Assembly (NCBI GenBank): GCA_003213495.1
Contig: QCMW01000001.1
Location: 1,117,363 to 1,181,362, forward strand
Direction: 5' to 3'
DNA: 64,000 nucleotides
Origin: SAR86 cluster bacterium AG-422-O05
GTDB lineage: Bacteria; Pseudomonadota; Gammaproteobacteria; Magnimaribacterales; D2472
How positions within the stretch are numbered: position 1 is the first letter of the stretch; the number at the start of each line of letters is the position of its first letter. The position numbers and the translations under genes are program-made. A model generated the notes under the pieces. It ran no database searches. It was not told where the DNA came from and saw only the letters and a program-made list of their open reading frames with translations. Positions 52,452 to 62,783 of this stretch are shown here, piece by piece.

Positions 52452-53311
52452 TGAAGATAGCATCAATTGATATAGGAACAAATGCTATAAAATCAAAGGT
52501 TTTTGATACCAGTCCAACAACAATTACTTTCATTGAAGCAATTAGATCCCCTATTAGACTTGGAGAAGAGGTCTTTAATGATGGAATATTATCAAAAGCC
52601 AAATTGAATGAATTAATATCTACGCTTATGCAATATCAAAAAACTTTTGAAAAGAAGGATATAGTATCTTATGAAATAACTGCAACTAGCGCTTTTAGAG
52701 ATACCAAAAATTCTGAAGATGCTCGTAGATATGTTGAAAATCAAATAGAACATCCAATAAGAATAATATCAGGTCTTGAGGAAGCTAAATTAATTAGCTT
52801 GCATCCTAAAGCACAGACTGGAACCGGAAAAATGTTTGTTGATGTAGGTGGAGGAAGTACAGAAATATACATATATAAAGAAGAAAAACATTCTATTCAA
52901 TCTTTTCAATTGGGTGGAGTAAGGTTGATGCTTAAAAAAGATAAAAAAAATGAATGGAGTAGACTTGAAGAATGGATAAAAAAACAAAGAAATATAAATA
53001 CAATTACTGGATTGGGAGGAAATATAAGAGCTTTTCTAAATATTCATAACGTAAAAAAAATGTCATCAAATGAATTTATTAAAAAGGCAGGTGAATTGAG
53101 AAAATTATCTGTCGAAGAAAAAATTGCTTTGCATAATTTAGGCCATGATCGTGCTGATGTTATAGACCATGGATTAAGGATCTTTTTAAAAATTATTAAC
53201 GAATTACAAGTTAAAAAAATTAAATCTACAAAATGGGGTGTCTCGGATTCTATCGCAGTAAAATCTTTTCATGAGCTTTATTCAAAAAAAATCTCTATTA
53301 ATAGTAATTAA
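52451..53311 (+). CDS. ppx: Ppx/GppA exopolyphosphatase (short form)
   Basis: IDIGTNA, ATSAFR, ISGLEEA, DVGGGSTE, DRADVI. Confidence 0.88.
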   Translation: MKIASIDIGTNAIKSKVFDTSPTTITFIEAIRSPIRLGEEVFNDGILSKAKLNELISTLMQYQKTFEKKDIVSYEITATSAFRDTKNSEDARRYVENQIEHPIRIISGLEEAKLISLHPKAQTGTGKMFVDVGGGSTEIYIYKEEKHSIQSFQLGGVRLMLKKDKKNEWSRLEEWIKKQRNINTITGLGGNIRAFLNIHNVKKMSSNEFIKKAGELRKLSVEEKIALHNLGHDRADVIDHGLRIFLKIINELQVKKIKSTKWGVSDSIAVKSFHELYSKKISINSN

Positions 53312-53398
53312 AGACTTATGAGTAAATAGATATCAGAATTTATTGATGGAATTCATGCTTATCTTTTTTATAAATTTTTTTTCAAACTAAAATAAAAT

Positions 53399-53845
53399 TT
53401 ATTCAGTGAATACCAATGTTGTTTCTGATTTATTATCAATAGTTGAATATGACACCTTAATTAAACTCATATTTAATTTGTTTGAAATTTCATCTGAGAG
53501 AGAAATTGAGTTTTTTAAACTATTTGAAGAAAAAGTTATCATAAAATTATTATTTTCTTTTGTAATATTTATATCTGAAATCTCCCCTGAATTAATATTT
53601 TCTAAATAAGACTTTATTTCATTAATATTTAATTTAGATTCGGGAATAAGTTTATTAAAAACTTCTGCTTTTGAAACAACATATTCATAATCATCTTTAG
53701 CTTTAGATAATTTTTTATTTGATAAGTTTAAAGATTTAATAACATTATTTGAAAAAGCAAAAATAACAAAAATAAAAATAACACTTACTGCTATTGCTAT
53801 AAGAAGCTTCTCTCTATTATTTAGATTATTTATTAGTTTATCCAT
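53399..53845 (-). CDS. gspM: Type II secretion protein M-like
   Basis: LNNREK plus TM; last gene of the gsp operon. Confidence 0.65.
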   Translation of the reverse strand: MDKLINNLNNREKLLIAIAVSVIFIFVIFAFSNNVIKSLNLSNKKLSKAKDDYEYVVSKAEVFNKLIPESKLNINEIKSYLENINSGEISDINITKENNNFMITFSSNSLKNSISLSDEISNKLNMSLIKVSYSTIDNKSETTLVFTE

Positions 53846-55001
53846 TTCTAAAAGAAATTGTTATTTGACCAGATGCAGATTTATCTACAATTTCCACGTC
53901 TTGATCAACAACATTTACATCAAAGCTCTCTGCTAATTCTTTGATAATACTAAATTGCATTTCTGGCATTCCATTTATAATTAAAATTGCAGTATTTGTT
54001 CTATAATCTATTTCGACATTTTCGATAAACTTTTCACCAATATTTACTAGAAATCCTAGGTTTGCAAATTTATCTAAATTTAAATCTGCAGTCTTCATAG
54101 AATTTGGTATTTGCTTAACCAGCTCATCAATTTGCTTTTTTGGTGAAACTATATTCATAGTATTTTTATCTATTTGTTTAAAAATTTTTAAAGTTTCCTC
54201 TTCATAAACTTTTGCATTTCTTTCATTTTGATTAATTACAAGAAATGGAAAAGAAAAAATTGAAATAATTAGAAAGCTGCAAAGGTATAAATCAAATTTT
54301 TTAATATCTAATCTGTGAATAAAGTTCTTAAAAGAAAAATCTAATTTAAATAAATTGGGTAGATTTTCTATTTCATTTTTAGAGAAATGTTCCAAGTCTG
54401 CTTTGTGCCTAGCATTATAATTTTTAAGGGTATTTGTGCTTTCATCTTCCTTGACAGAAATTGAGGGATTAAAATTTGGATTAGATCGCTGTATTACTGA
54501 TAAATATGTATCAATATTTTCTCTATCTATTGAATTACCAGTCCCATTAGAGAATGAGAATAGAAATTTATCATTAAATTCAGTTATGCGATCTTTACCA
54601 GACTGATGACATATAAAGTAATCTGGCAACAGAATTATATTACATTTTAAAAAATTTAATGCATAGTTTAATTCTTTATATTTTCGTTTATCAATCACAT
54701 AAGCATTTTTTTCAAAAAGAAAAAATTCATTATCAGAAACATCATTTACCAAGTTGCTATCAATTTCTGATATGAAATTTGCAACATTATTTTGACTAGA
54801 TATTTTTTTATTATTTTCAAATGTATAACTGCTAACTAAATATGATGGAATTAAATAAATTAAAGTATCCTTATCTTTAAGAAAATTGAATTCAGACACT
54901 GCATTGAAATCATTATCTTTTTTAAATCCATCACTGCAAGAATAAAATAATCCTGATTGAAGGTTTGAATTGTTTGCATGTGCTATGTAAGTGTTCATCA
55001 A
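53838..55001 (-). CDS. gspL: Type II secretion protein L-like
   Basis: LLPDYF, central TM, position between gspK and gspM. Confidence 0.65.
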   Translation of the reverse strand: MMNTYIAHANNSNLQSGLFYSCSDGFKKDNDFNAVSEFNFLKDKDTLIYLIPSYLVSSYTFENNKKISSQNNVANFISEIDSNLVNDVSDNEFFLFEKNAYVIDKRKYKELNYALNFLKCNIILLPDYFICHQSGKDRITEFNDKFLFSFSNGTGNSIDRENIDTYLSVIQRSNPNFNPSISVKEDESTNTLKNYNARHKADLEHFSKNEIENLPNLFKLDFSFKNFIHRLDIKKFDLYLCSFLIISIFSFPFLVINQNERNAKVYEEETLKIFKQIDKNTMNIVSPKKQIDELVKQIPNSMKTADLNLDKFANLGFLVNIGEKFIENVEIDYRTNTAILIINGMPEMQFSIIKELAESFDVNVVDQDVEIVDKSASGQITISFRNG

Positions 55002-55972
55002 ACACCATTATAAATTCTAGAAAAAATATAGCTATTCTTATTATTTCCATAAATGATTATGCTTCTTGATTCAGAAAGATATTCATTGAAATTAATACTT
55101 GTTGTAATTTCAAATATGTTTGATTTAAATAAAACTTTGCCATTAGACATAGTAAAATCTAAGTCAGGAAAAGTAGTGTTAAAATTAATGATATCTGCAA
55201 ATCCTTCTAAGGGTATATTTTCAATTATATATTCAGAATCATCTAGTTCTATATTTGGATAAATAGATGCAAGCAAAAATGCATCTTTTTGCGATAATGT
55301 ATTTATATTCAATGATAGGTCCGAAGACATTGGTAAAGCACAAAAATAGTTTTTAAATATTTCCCAATCTATATTATTTGAAGCAGGAATGCTTTTAAGC
55401 TCCTCAATTGATGTCATCAACCTCATTCCACTATATTCTTTTGGACTATGTAAAGGACCTGTATAATAGTAATTCTCTAATCCATATGTTCTTGGATTTG
55501 AATCTAAATCTATCCAATCAATTATTTGATCAATAAGCTCATCTATGAGGTTATCATCAATGTCTTGCAGAGACATAAATCGTTTCAAAGCATTTATAGA
55601 TTTAATATTTTCATAATAATTACCATCTTTATAAACAACCAATGAATTAATGTTAAAACAATTAGATGCATCTTTTATATTACTAACAATATCAGCTCCG
55701 TTTACATTGAAAATAAAATTAGAGTTAATGATAGGATTATTTTTAGAGAGTTTAGATGAATTAAACCTTAATTCTTTATCAATCTTATGTTTTGACAATG
55801 ACTCTAAGTTCCTGAAAATGTTTAGTGATATTATTTGAAATTCAGTATATTGAGCTCTTTTGAGTGAAAGTAAATATTTATTGCCAAATAGTATGGCAAC
55901 AGATGACAAAATAAGAACAATTAAAAGAATTGAAATTAAAACAACTCCTTTAGTTTTGGAAGACATATTCAA
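54998..55972 (-). CDS. gspK: Type II secretion minor pseudopilin K
   Basis: KGVVLISIL, CFNINSL, DWID.D, NINT. Confidence 0.88.
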   Translation of the reverse strand: MNMSSKTKGVVLISILLIVLILSSVAILFGNKYLLSLKRAQYTEFQIISLNIFRNLESLSKHKIDKELRFNSSKLSKNNPIINSNFIFNVNGADIVSNIKDASNCFNINSLVVYKDGNYYENIKSINALKRFMSLQDIDDNLIDELIDQIIDWIDLDSNPRTYGLENYYYTGPLHSPKEYSGMRLMTSIEELKSIPASNNIDWEIFKNYFCALPMSSDLSLNINTLSQKDAFLLASIYPNIELDDSEYIIENIPLEGFADIINFNTTFPDLDFTMSNGKVLFKSNIFEITTSINFNEYLSESRSIIIYGNNKNSYIFSRIYNGV

Positions 55973-56549
55973 TATTGGGCTCTACTATCCATTCGTAGGC
56001 TTCTTGATTTTTTTTAAACTTAAACTTAATCAGAGTGGGAATCTGTCTTTCTGTTATAGGGCTTATTGGCCATTGTTGATACCATTGACGTTGAAACATA
56101 AACTCAATATCCATTTGAGATATATCTTCTATTAAAAAAGTAGCTATAAATTCATCGGCATCATATGGATTGGTAGAAAAAAATTGTCTCCTTATAAATT
56201 TATTATCCTCTAATACGTATTCCACTCTTTTTATTGGAGATGAGTTATTAGAAATTGATTTTATTTTTGTATTAAACATGATTCTTTTATCCTCATTATT
56301 GCCGATCAGCGTAGCACTCATAGGATTACCGTAAAAATCTTTTAAAGGAACGTTAATGATTTGCCTGATATCTCTTCTGATAAGAATCGAAGAAAAGTTT
56401 AAATTGCTTGCAGAGCTCAACCTTTGTGATGAAGTTCTTTCTAATTCTAAAGAAGATTGGACTATATTTGATGAAATAACAGCTATCATTGACAAAATAA
56501 CCAATGAAACCAAAACTTCGATTAATGTAAACCCTTTATTCATTATCAA
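55950..56549 (-). CDS. gspJ: Type II secretion minor pseudopilin J
   Basis: KGFTLIEVLV, RDIRQ, RVEY; gene order. Confidence 0.85.
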   Translation of the reverse strand: MIMNKGFTLIEVLVSLVILSMIAVISSNIVQSSLELERTSSQRLSSASNLNFSSILIRRDIRQIINVPLKDFYGNPMSATLIGNNEDKRIMFNTKIKSISNNSSPIKRVEYVLEDNKFIRRQFFSTNPYDADEFIATFLIEDISQMDIEFMFQRQWYQQWPISPITERQIPTLIKFKFKKNQEAYEWIVEPNIEYVFQN

Positions 56550-56928
56550 TAAAGCCTTTTATAGAATAAAGATATTTTTCATCGCCCTTTAATCTTACTA
56601 ATATTTCATACTCATAAAATTCATCAGTTAGAGTCTTTTTAATTGATTCTTTCCAATACCAATTCATTCCTCCCATTATCATCTCACCATCTCTTTCAGT
56701 TGGTCTCAATGGTTTCTCAATTGTATTAATTAGAGCAATTCTGTTAGCTGCAACCTCTTTAGCTAAATATCTCTGCTCTAATTCAAAAGAAGAACTTGTC
56801 GTAGAAATTATTAGATTATAAATTGAACTTACAGCTATACTTAAAATAAATAAAGAAACTACAACCTCAATTAAGCTAAAGCCTTTATTTGTTCTAATAA
56901 TTGATGATTTTATTAATTTTGTTGCCAT
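56536..56928 (-). CDS. gspI: Type II secretion minor pseudopilin I
   Basis: KGFSLIEVVV, A..VA.N, W.W; gene order. Confidence 0.85.
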   Translation of the reverse strand: MATKLIKSSIIRTNKGFSLIEVVVSLFILSIAVSSIYNLIISTTSSSFELEQRYLAKEVAANRIALINTIEKPLRPTERDGEMIMGGMNWYWKESIKKTLTDEFYEYEILVRLKGDEKYLYSIKGFIDNE

Positions 56929-57406
56929 TATTTTTAATAATTATTCTTTGAATGTAATCTGTATAGTAAATATCTAGCTCACCACCAGAAACTTCGCCAG
57001 ATGGATAGAAAACTAACAAAGGCATATCCAATTTTGAGTTGTGCAAATCAATAGTTATTCCATCATTAAATTTAAAAGTTTTCTTTAAGGATAAAGAATC
57101 AATTTCTGAAGATATTTTAATATTATTTATAATTTTACTTTTGTTATTTTTAAAAAGATAAGCAGCATACTCACCTTCTGAATCATAATACCAAGCCACA
57201 ATATTACCAGTTAGGATGCTTTCTTGTGACAAAACATCAAAAGTATATTCAAAAGATTTTGCTTGTTTTTCTATGGAATTTAATGAGCTAAAATTTAAAG
57301 TTATAAGAGTAACTGAAATCCCAAGTATGAATAAAACAACTAATATTTCAATTAAAGTAAAGCCTTTAGAGGTATTACTGTTGCATCCAATTGCCAATAT
57401 CAGCAT
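56894..57406 (-). CDS. gspH: Type II secretion minor pseudopilin H
   Basis: KGFTLIEILVV, FYPSGE; gene order. Confidence 0.82.
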   Translation of the reverse strand: MLILAIGCNSNTSKGFTLIEILVVLFILGISVTLITLNFSSLNSIEKQAKSFEYTFDVLSQESILTGNIVAWYYDSEGEYAAYLFKNNKSKIINNIKISSEIDSLSLKKTFKFNDGITIDLHNSKLDMPLLVFYPSGEVSGGELDIYYTDYIQRIIIKNNGNKINKIINY

Positions 57407-57812
57407 CCTCTCCTGAACCTCCTTCTAAACCATCTGCACCTAAAGTGTATAAATCATATTTAGTTGATTTTGTTCCAGGATATTCATATAAATATTCTCT
57501 ACCCCAGGGATCTAATGGTATTGAGGATATGTAGCCATCTACAGGATATAAGAAAGGATTTTTTAGTTCTGAGTGTGGCGTTACTAATGCATTCAAACCT
57601 TGAGAAGTTGTGGGATAAGTTAATTCATTAAATCTGTATAACTCAAGAGCTTTATTTGTATTAGCCATATCTGCTCTAATTTTTTCAAAATTAGCTCTTT
57701 GAAACACAGGATCAACACTTACAGCAACAACTGTGGCAAGTATACCGAGTATAACTAAAACAGCCATAAGCTCAATTAGTGTAAAACCCTCACTTAACTT
57801 TTTAAATTTCAT
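57375..57812 (-). CDS. gspG: Type II secretion major pseudopilin G
   Basis: GFTLIELM, YPTT.QGL.AL, DPWG..Y.Y, LGADG, DIGNW. Confidence 0.95.
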   Translation of the reverse strand: MKFKKLSEGFTLIELMAVLVILGILATVVAVSVDPVFQRANFEKIRADMANTNKALELYRFNELTYPTTSQGLNALVTPHSELKNPFLYPVDGYISSIPLDPWGREYLYEYPGTKSTKYDLYTLGADGLEGGSGEDADIGNWMQQ

Positions 57813-59002
57813 TGTATTGCCATAGTATTCATTTGCATTATAGGTAAAAGTATAGCTAGAACAATCATCATAATAAATCCTCCCATAAAAATTATTACTA
57901 AAGGTTCTAGCAAAGACAGAAAAATTGCCCTTTTGTTTTCAATTTCAGATTTCATGAAATGAGATACCTTGCCAAACATTTTAACTAAATTACCTGATCT
58001 GTAGCCACTTGAGATAAGTTGTATAAAAATGTCAGGGAATATTCCATCTTTTTTTAAAGCAACTATGAAGTCCTTGCCTTCAACCACATCATTCTTTGCA
58101 TCAGATATTTTGTTTGCTAAATATTTATTATTAAAAATTTTTGAACACTCATCCAAAGCAACATCCAGATTTGTTCCTGATGCTAAGAGAAGCTCCATAG
58201 TACTGGAAAACCTTTCTAGTTCTGAATTTAAAATAAAGTTACCAAAGAATGGAAATGAAATAAATTTTTTATGCATCTTAATTTTATTTTCTGGTTTTTT
58301 TACATAATTTCTATATGAAAATAATATGCCAAAAAAAATAGTGATCATTAATATAAAGATCAAGAAAATATTGTTGGATATCCCTAGTAGTAAGTTAGTA
58401 ATAAATGGAAGATCTGCGCCAGCTTTCATAAATTGATTAACTACTTGAGGTAAAACAAATATCAATAAAGAAACTATAACTAGGAGTGAAAAACCAATAA
58501 GAATTAATGGATATGTCATAGCTGAAATAATTTTTTGTCGTATTGACGCACTCTCTTCAAGGTAATCAGCTAATCTTGAAAAAACTGCATCGAGATTTCC
58601 TGAAGAATCTCCAGCAGATACCATTGAAATGTATGTATCTGAAAAAATACCAGGAAATTTTCTCATTGAATTACCAAGTCTTTTTCCCTGAACTATATCT
58701 TCTTTTAAGGTAAGCATAATATAGACGAGGTTCTTATTTCGTAATTGATTGGCTGTAATATCAATAGCATCAACAATAGGAGTGCTCGCCTCAAGTAGTG
58801 TTGCAAGTTGTCTTGTCATGATTACAACATCTTTATTTTTGATTTTAAGAGCTTTACCAATATTTTTAGATTCAGAAATTTTTATTGGTGTTAAGTGGAG
58901 ATCTTTTACTAGCCTTCTAGCATCTCTTTCTGAGTCAGCACTTAGTATGCCTTTCTTTTTAATGCCTAAATTATTTATTGCAGTGTAATTATATGCTGGC
59001 AT
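57809..59002 (-). CDS. gspF: Type II secretion inner-membrane protein F
   Basis: TRQLATLL, AGDSSGNL, AMTYP, LLEP; start at ATG 59002 (MPAYNYTA). Confidence 0.93.
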   Translation of the reverse strand: MPAYNYTAINNLGIKKKGILSADSERDARRLVKDLHLTPIKISESKNIGKALKIKNKDVVIMTRQLATLLEASTPIVDAIDITANQLRNKNLVYIMLTLKEDIVQGKRLGNSMRKFPGIFSDTYISMVSAGDSSGNLDAVFSRLADYLEESASIRQKIISAMTYPLILIGFSLLVIVSLLIFVLPQVVNQFMKAGADLPFITNLLLGISNNIFLIFILMITIFFGILFSYRNYVKKPENKIKMHKKFISFPFFGNFILNSELERFSSTMELLLASGTNLDVALDECSKIFNNKYLANKISDAKNDVVEGKDFIVALKKDGIFPDIFIQLISSGYRSGNLVKMFGKVSHFMKSEIENKRAIFLSLLEPLVIIFMGGFIMMIVLAILLPIMQMNTMAIQ

Positions 59003-60488
59003 TTTCTTTAATATTATTAACTCTAATAATTTCCTCACATGAGGTAACGCCTTCGGTTATAAGATCAATGGAGGCTTGATCAATTGATTTATTGTCTTTA
59101 AAAACATATTCATTTATTTCATTTTCAGAAGCATTATTATGAGTAAGGTCTTTTAATTTTTTATCAAATTGAATACATTCGGCAATGGCAATTCTTCCTT
59201 GGTAGCCTGTCTGATTGCAATAATCACAACCTTTTGGTTTAAATATTGTGCTTCCTTTATCAAGTTTGAATATTTCAACTGATTCATTTGAAGGCAAGCT
59301 TTTCATTTTACACTTTTGACATAAACGTCTAACAAGTCGTTGTGAGATTATCGTTCTTAGACTAGAAGCTAAAAGAAAGGATTCTATTCCCATATCTCTC
59401 AATCTTGTGATTGCCGAAACCGCACTATTAGTATGAACAGTGGACAGAACAAGATGCCCAGTCAAACTAGCCTGTATTCCAATTTGTGCAGTTTCAATGT
59501 CCCTCATCTCTCCTACCATTACAACGTCAGGATCCTGTCTTAATATCGCCCTTAAACCTTTTGCAAAAGTATATCCAGTCTTAGGGTTAACTTGTGTTTG
59601 ACCAATCCCATTCAATGTATATTCAATGGGGTCTTCAACAGTAAGAATATTTTGCGATGAATCACTAAGATATCTTAATCCAGCATATAAAGTTGTTGTT
59701 TTTCCAGAGCCTGTAGGCCCTGTAAAAAGAATAATACCCTCTGGATTTTTTAAAGAGCTTTTATAATTCGAAAGTATTTTGGGAGGCAATCCTAAATCGT
59801 TAATATTAATTTGAGCTGCTTGTTTATCTAAAATCCTTAAAACAATTCTTTCGCCATATGAAGAGGGAAGAGTCGAGACCCTCACATCTACATTTTTATC
59901 ACCAAGCGACAATGAAACTCTTCCATCTTGAGGCAACCGCCTTTCTGAAATATCTAAACCTGAAATTATTTTGATTCTTGAAATTAAAATCGAAGCTATT
60001 TTACTATCCTGCTGCAAGATTTCTTTTAAAATACCATCTATCCTAAAACGAATTTTTATATGTTTCTCGTATGGTTCAAAATGTATATCTGAAGCTCTAC
60101 TCTTTATTGCTTGGCTAATAATTCCATTTATTAACTTAATTATTGGAGCATCATTATTACCACTTAAGAGATCTTCTGTAGCATTAATACTTCCAGCATA
60201 ATCTTGAAGATCAAAATCATCTGTGAGCTCTTCTGAAATATTATCATTGTGGTTAGATGAAGAAAATGAACTGGTAAGTATTTCATTGAATACTTCTGCG
60301 CTACATAATTCAAATTTAAAACTTGAGTTAAGATATCTTTGTATCTCTTGATAGAGATCTAAACTTAACTGAAATGGTGAAATTGCAACAAACTCATTAT
60401 TAGATTCAGAAACAATTACTTCATTGTCTTTTACAAAATCATAAGGTAGTAAGTCTGACTTGATATTTTCGAATTGACTGTTAGTCAT
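58989..60488 (-). CDS. gspE: Type II secretion ATPase E
   Basis: ASDIH, RLPQDGR, GPTGSGKTTTLY, LRQDPD, Cys-metal motif. Confidence 0.95.
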   Translation of the reverse strand: MTNSQFENIKSDLLPYDFVKDNEVIVSESNNEFVAISPFQLSLDLYQEIQRYLNSSFKFELCSAEVFNEILTSSFSSSNHNDNISEELTDDFDLQDYAGSINATEDLLSGNNDAPIIKLINGIISQAIKSRASDIHFEPYEKHIKIRFRIDGILKEILQQDSKIASILISRIKIISGLDISERRLPQDGRVSLSLGDKNVDVRVSTLPSSYGERIVLRILDKQAAQININDLGLPPKILSNYKSSLKNPEGIILFTGPTGSGKTTTLYAGLRYLSDSSQNILTVEDPIEYTLNGIGQTQVNPKTGYTFAKGLRAILRQDPDVVMVGEMRDIETAQIGIQASLTGHLVLSTVHTNSAVSAITRLRDMGIESFLLASSLRTIISQRLVRRLCQKCKMKSLPSNESVEIFKLDKGSTIFKPKGCDYCNQTGYQGRIAIAECIQFDKKLKDLTHNNASENEINEYVFKDNKSIDQASIDLITEGVTSCEEIIRVNNIKENASI

Positions 60489-60490
60489 AT

Positions 60491-62338
60491 TTATTCTTCT
60501 TTCGTTCTAAGATCTATAAGGTCTAAATCATCATCTGAAGCTTGTTGAGCCTTTATGAAATTATACTTCTCTAGAGAAACTTGATTAATACCATTTGAAT
60601 CAATAAGAATAGTTGGTTTTAGAAAAACCATTAAATTTTTTTTACTGGATGTGCTTGATGAAGACTGAAATAGTTTTCCTAAAACTGGTATTGAGCCTAA
60701 GACTGGAACTTTTGATATAACTTCTTGAGTATCTTCATCAATTAAACCACCTAAAACAATTATTTGGTTGTTATCAACCAATACAGTTGTTTCAATTTCT
60801 CTTTTATTGGTTATTAGATCTGTACCACTTTGAGCAACACCTGCAATTCCTGAAACACCTTGTTTAATATTTAATATAACTGAAGTGCCTTCATCTATTT
60901 GAGGAGTAATTTCTAATTCAATACCAACCTCTTGTCTAGATGTAGTTCTGAATGGGTTGGAGTTATTTGTGCCAAGACTTTCTCCTGTAGTAATAGGTAT
61001 CTCTTGACCTATAAATAACCTAGCTGACTCGTTATCCATAGCCAATATTGAAGGAGTGGATAAAATATTGGAATCTGTATCAGAAGCTATAGCATTTAAA
61101 ATTCCAACAAAGTTATCTTCTCCATTTCTAACATCACCGAAACCAGCAACTAAACCTTGAGTATTTAATAAAGAAGAGACAGCTGTTGTTGTTAAAGTAA
61201 CATTTGTATCATCATCAGAAGCACCAGCTATACTTAATAGATCAGGGCCAGTACCAGAAAATCTAGTAACTCCTATGGGAATACTATCGTCCGCATCCCC
61301 TGAAAATATAGCCTCTACTCCAAGGGATTTAGCTCCTTGCTCAGATAAATCTACTACTATAGCTTCCACGAGAACCTGGGCCCTTCTAATATCAAGTTTT
61401 GCAATAATATTCTTAATAGAATTCAAATTTTCTTCTGCAGAAGAAATTATCAAAGAATTTGTTTTTTCATGATGAGTAATAACAGTTTTTGTTCCCTCAG
61501 AATCACTTACGAACGTCCCCGCAATTGAGTTAAGTATTGGTGCAATATCTGAAGCTTTTGCATATTTTAGGTATATAACATCAGTTGAATCATCACTAGT
61601 TATGTCTTTATCCAAAGAATTTAATGTAGACATAATATTTTTAGTTATGAAATCATTTGAAGATAAAATTACCGAATTAGATGGGGTGAATGGAATTGCT
61701 ATAAAGTTATTGATAGTTGGATTATTTTGAGCTTTAAGTCTTTCTAATATTCTGACTGCTTCAATTGAAGAAAGATTTTCAAGCTTTATTATAGAAATTT
61801 TTGCTGTATTATTTTTGTCTAGATCAATTAATAATTCCCTAATTCTTGTAACATTACTTGAGCGATCTACAAGCAAAATAGAATTTATTGAAGGTATGCT
61901 GGATAAATGGGACTGTCTACCAGTGATTGGTTTTATCATAGGTAATATTTCTTCAGTAGATCTATTTCCTAAAGGTATTACAGCTGTTTCAAAGTCGCCT
62001 GATGAAAAACTAGAAGTTTGATCCCTTGTAGCCTCATTTTCAGGTATCACCCTTAAAAATCCATTCTCCGATATGGTGCTAAAACCATTTACTTGTATTG
62101 TTCTTAAATAAACATCCCATACTTGATCTCTACTTAAATTAGCATTTGAATAAATTGTAATTTTACCCTTGACTCTAGGATCAAGAATAATTGTTTTTTT
62201 TGAAAAACGTGCTATGTCTTGAGTAACTTTTTTTATGTCAACATCTTCATAGTTCAATATAAAAGTATCTTGTGTATAAGCATAATTATTGAATGAAAAA
62301 GAAATAATAATTAAACATATTTTAAGTTTAAGATTCAT
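60491..62338 (-). CDS. gspD: Type II secretion secretin D
   Basis: LDPRVKG, LDIRRAQVLVEAI, NILSTP, VLGGLI, KVP.LG.IP.LG.LF. Confidence 0.95.
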   Translation of the reverse strand: MNLKLKICLIIISFSFNNYAYTQDTFILNYEDVDIKKVTQDIARFSKKTIILDPRVKGKITIYSNANLSRDQVWDVYLRTIQVNGFSTISENGFLRVIPENEATRDQTSSFSSGDFETAVIPLGNRSTEEILPMIKPITGRQSHLSSIPSINSILLVDRSSNVTRIRELLIDLDKNNTAKISIIKLENLSSIEAVRILERLKAQNNPTINNFIAIPFTPSNSVILSSNDFITKNIMSTLNSLDKDITSDDSTDVIYLKYAKASDIAPILNSIAGTFVSDSEGTKTVITHHEKTNSLIISSAEENLNSIKNIIAKLDIRRAQVLVEAIVVDLSEQGAKSLGVEAIFSGDADDSIPIGVTRFSGTGPDLLSIAGASDDDTNVTLTTTAVSSLLNTQGLVAGFGDVRNGEDNFVGILNAIASDTDSNILSTPSILAMDNESARLFIGQEIPITTGESLGTNNSNPFRTTSRQEVGIELEITPQIDEGTSVILNIKQGVSGIAGVAQSGTDLITNKREIETTVLVDNNQIIVLGGLIDEDTQEVISKVPVLGSIPVLGKLFQSSSSTSSKKNLMVFLKPTILIDSNGINQVSLEKYNFIKAQQASDDDLDLIDLRTKEE

Positions 62339-62737
62339 TTATTTACCCACCAGATTCTCAATTTTATATAATTTTTCTTGATTACGAAATACTATCTCTT
62401 CGTTGTTTACTTCTATTAACTCAAATAAACCATCTAATTTATCACCTTTAGCTACTACATATTCTTTATTACCTTTTTTTAAGATTACTGAAGAATCATT
62501 TCCACCTGATCGATAACCGATTAATTGATAATTGAATTCTGGCATTTGAGATTTTTGATTCGAAGTCTCACTAGATAAATTATTTTGTGAGTTGAACTCA
62601 AGATCTTTCATATTAGGTAACGATATTTCAACTATTTTAGGTTTATCAAAAAAGTTAGATATAAATGTGACTATAAGCAATAAAGCAGGAACAAATAATA
62701 TCGCAATAGATATTTTTTTTAATTTTATAAAATTCAT
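62339..62737 (-). CDS. GspC/PilP-like HR-domain protein (no PDZ)
   Basis: N-terminal TM plus L.G...G...S..I..G......GD.L pattern; precedes gspD. Confidence 0.6.
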   Translation of the reverse strand: MNFIKLKKISIAILFVPALLLIVTFISNFFDKPKIVEISLPNMKDLEFNSQNNLSSETSNQKSQMPEFNYQLIGYRSGGNDSSVILKKGNKEYVVAKGDKLDGLFELIEVNNEEIVFRNQEKLYKIENLVGK

Positions 62738-62740
62738 AAT

Positions 62741-62768
62741 AAAATGAGCTATTAGTGTAGCTCATTTT
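62741..62768 (-). terminator. Stem-loop after TBDR5
   Basis: aaaatgagcta-ttagtg-tagctcatttt. Confidence 0.7.
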
Positions 62769-62783
62769 AATCTCAAATCTAAG

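Noticed and set aside
53312-53398. Possible ncRNA or terminator in the ppx/gspM convergent gap
   Set aside because: AT-rich, with no convincing stem or motif
56536-57812. Type IV pilus or competence pilin cluster
   Set aside because: Gene order C-D-E-F-G-H-I-J-K-L-M and the GspG/GspK motifs identify a T2SS
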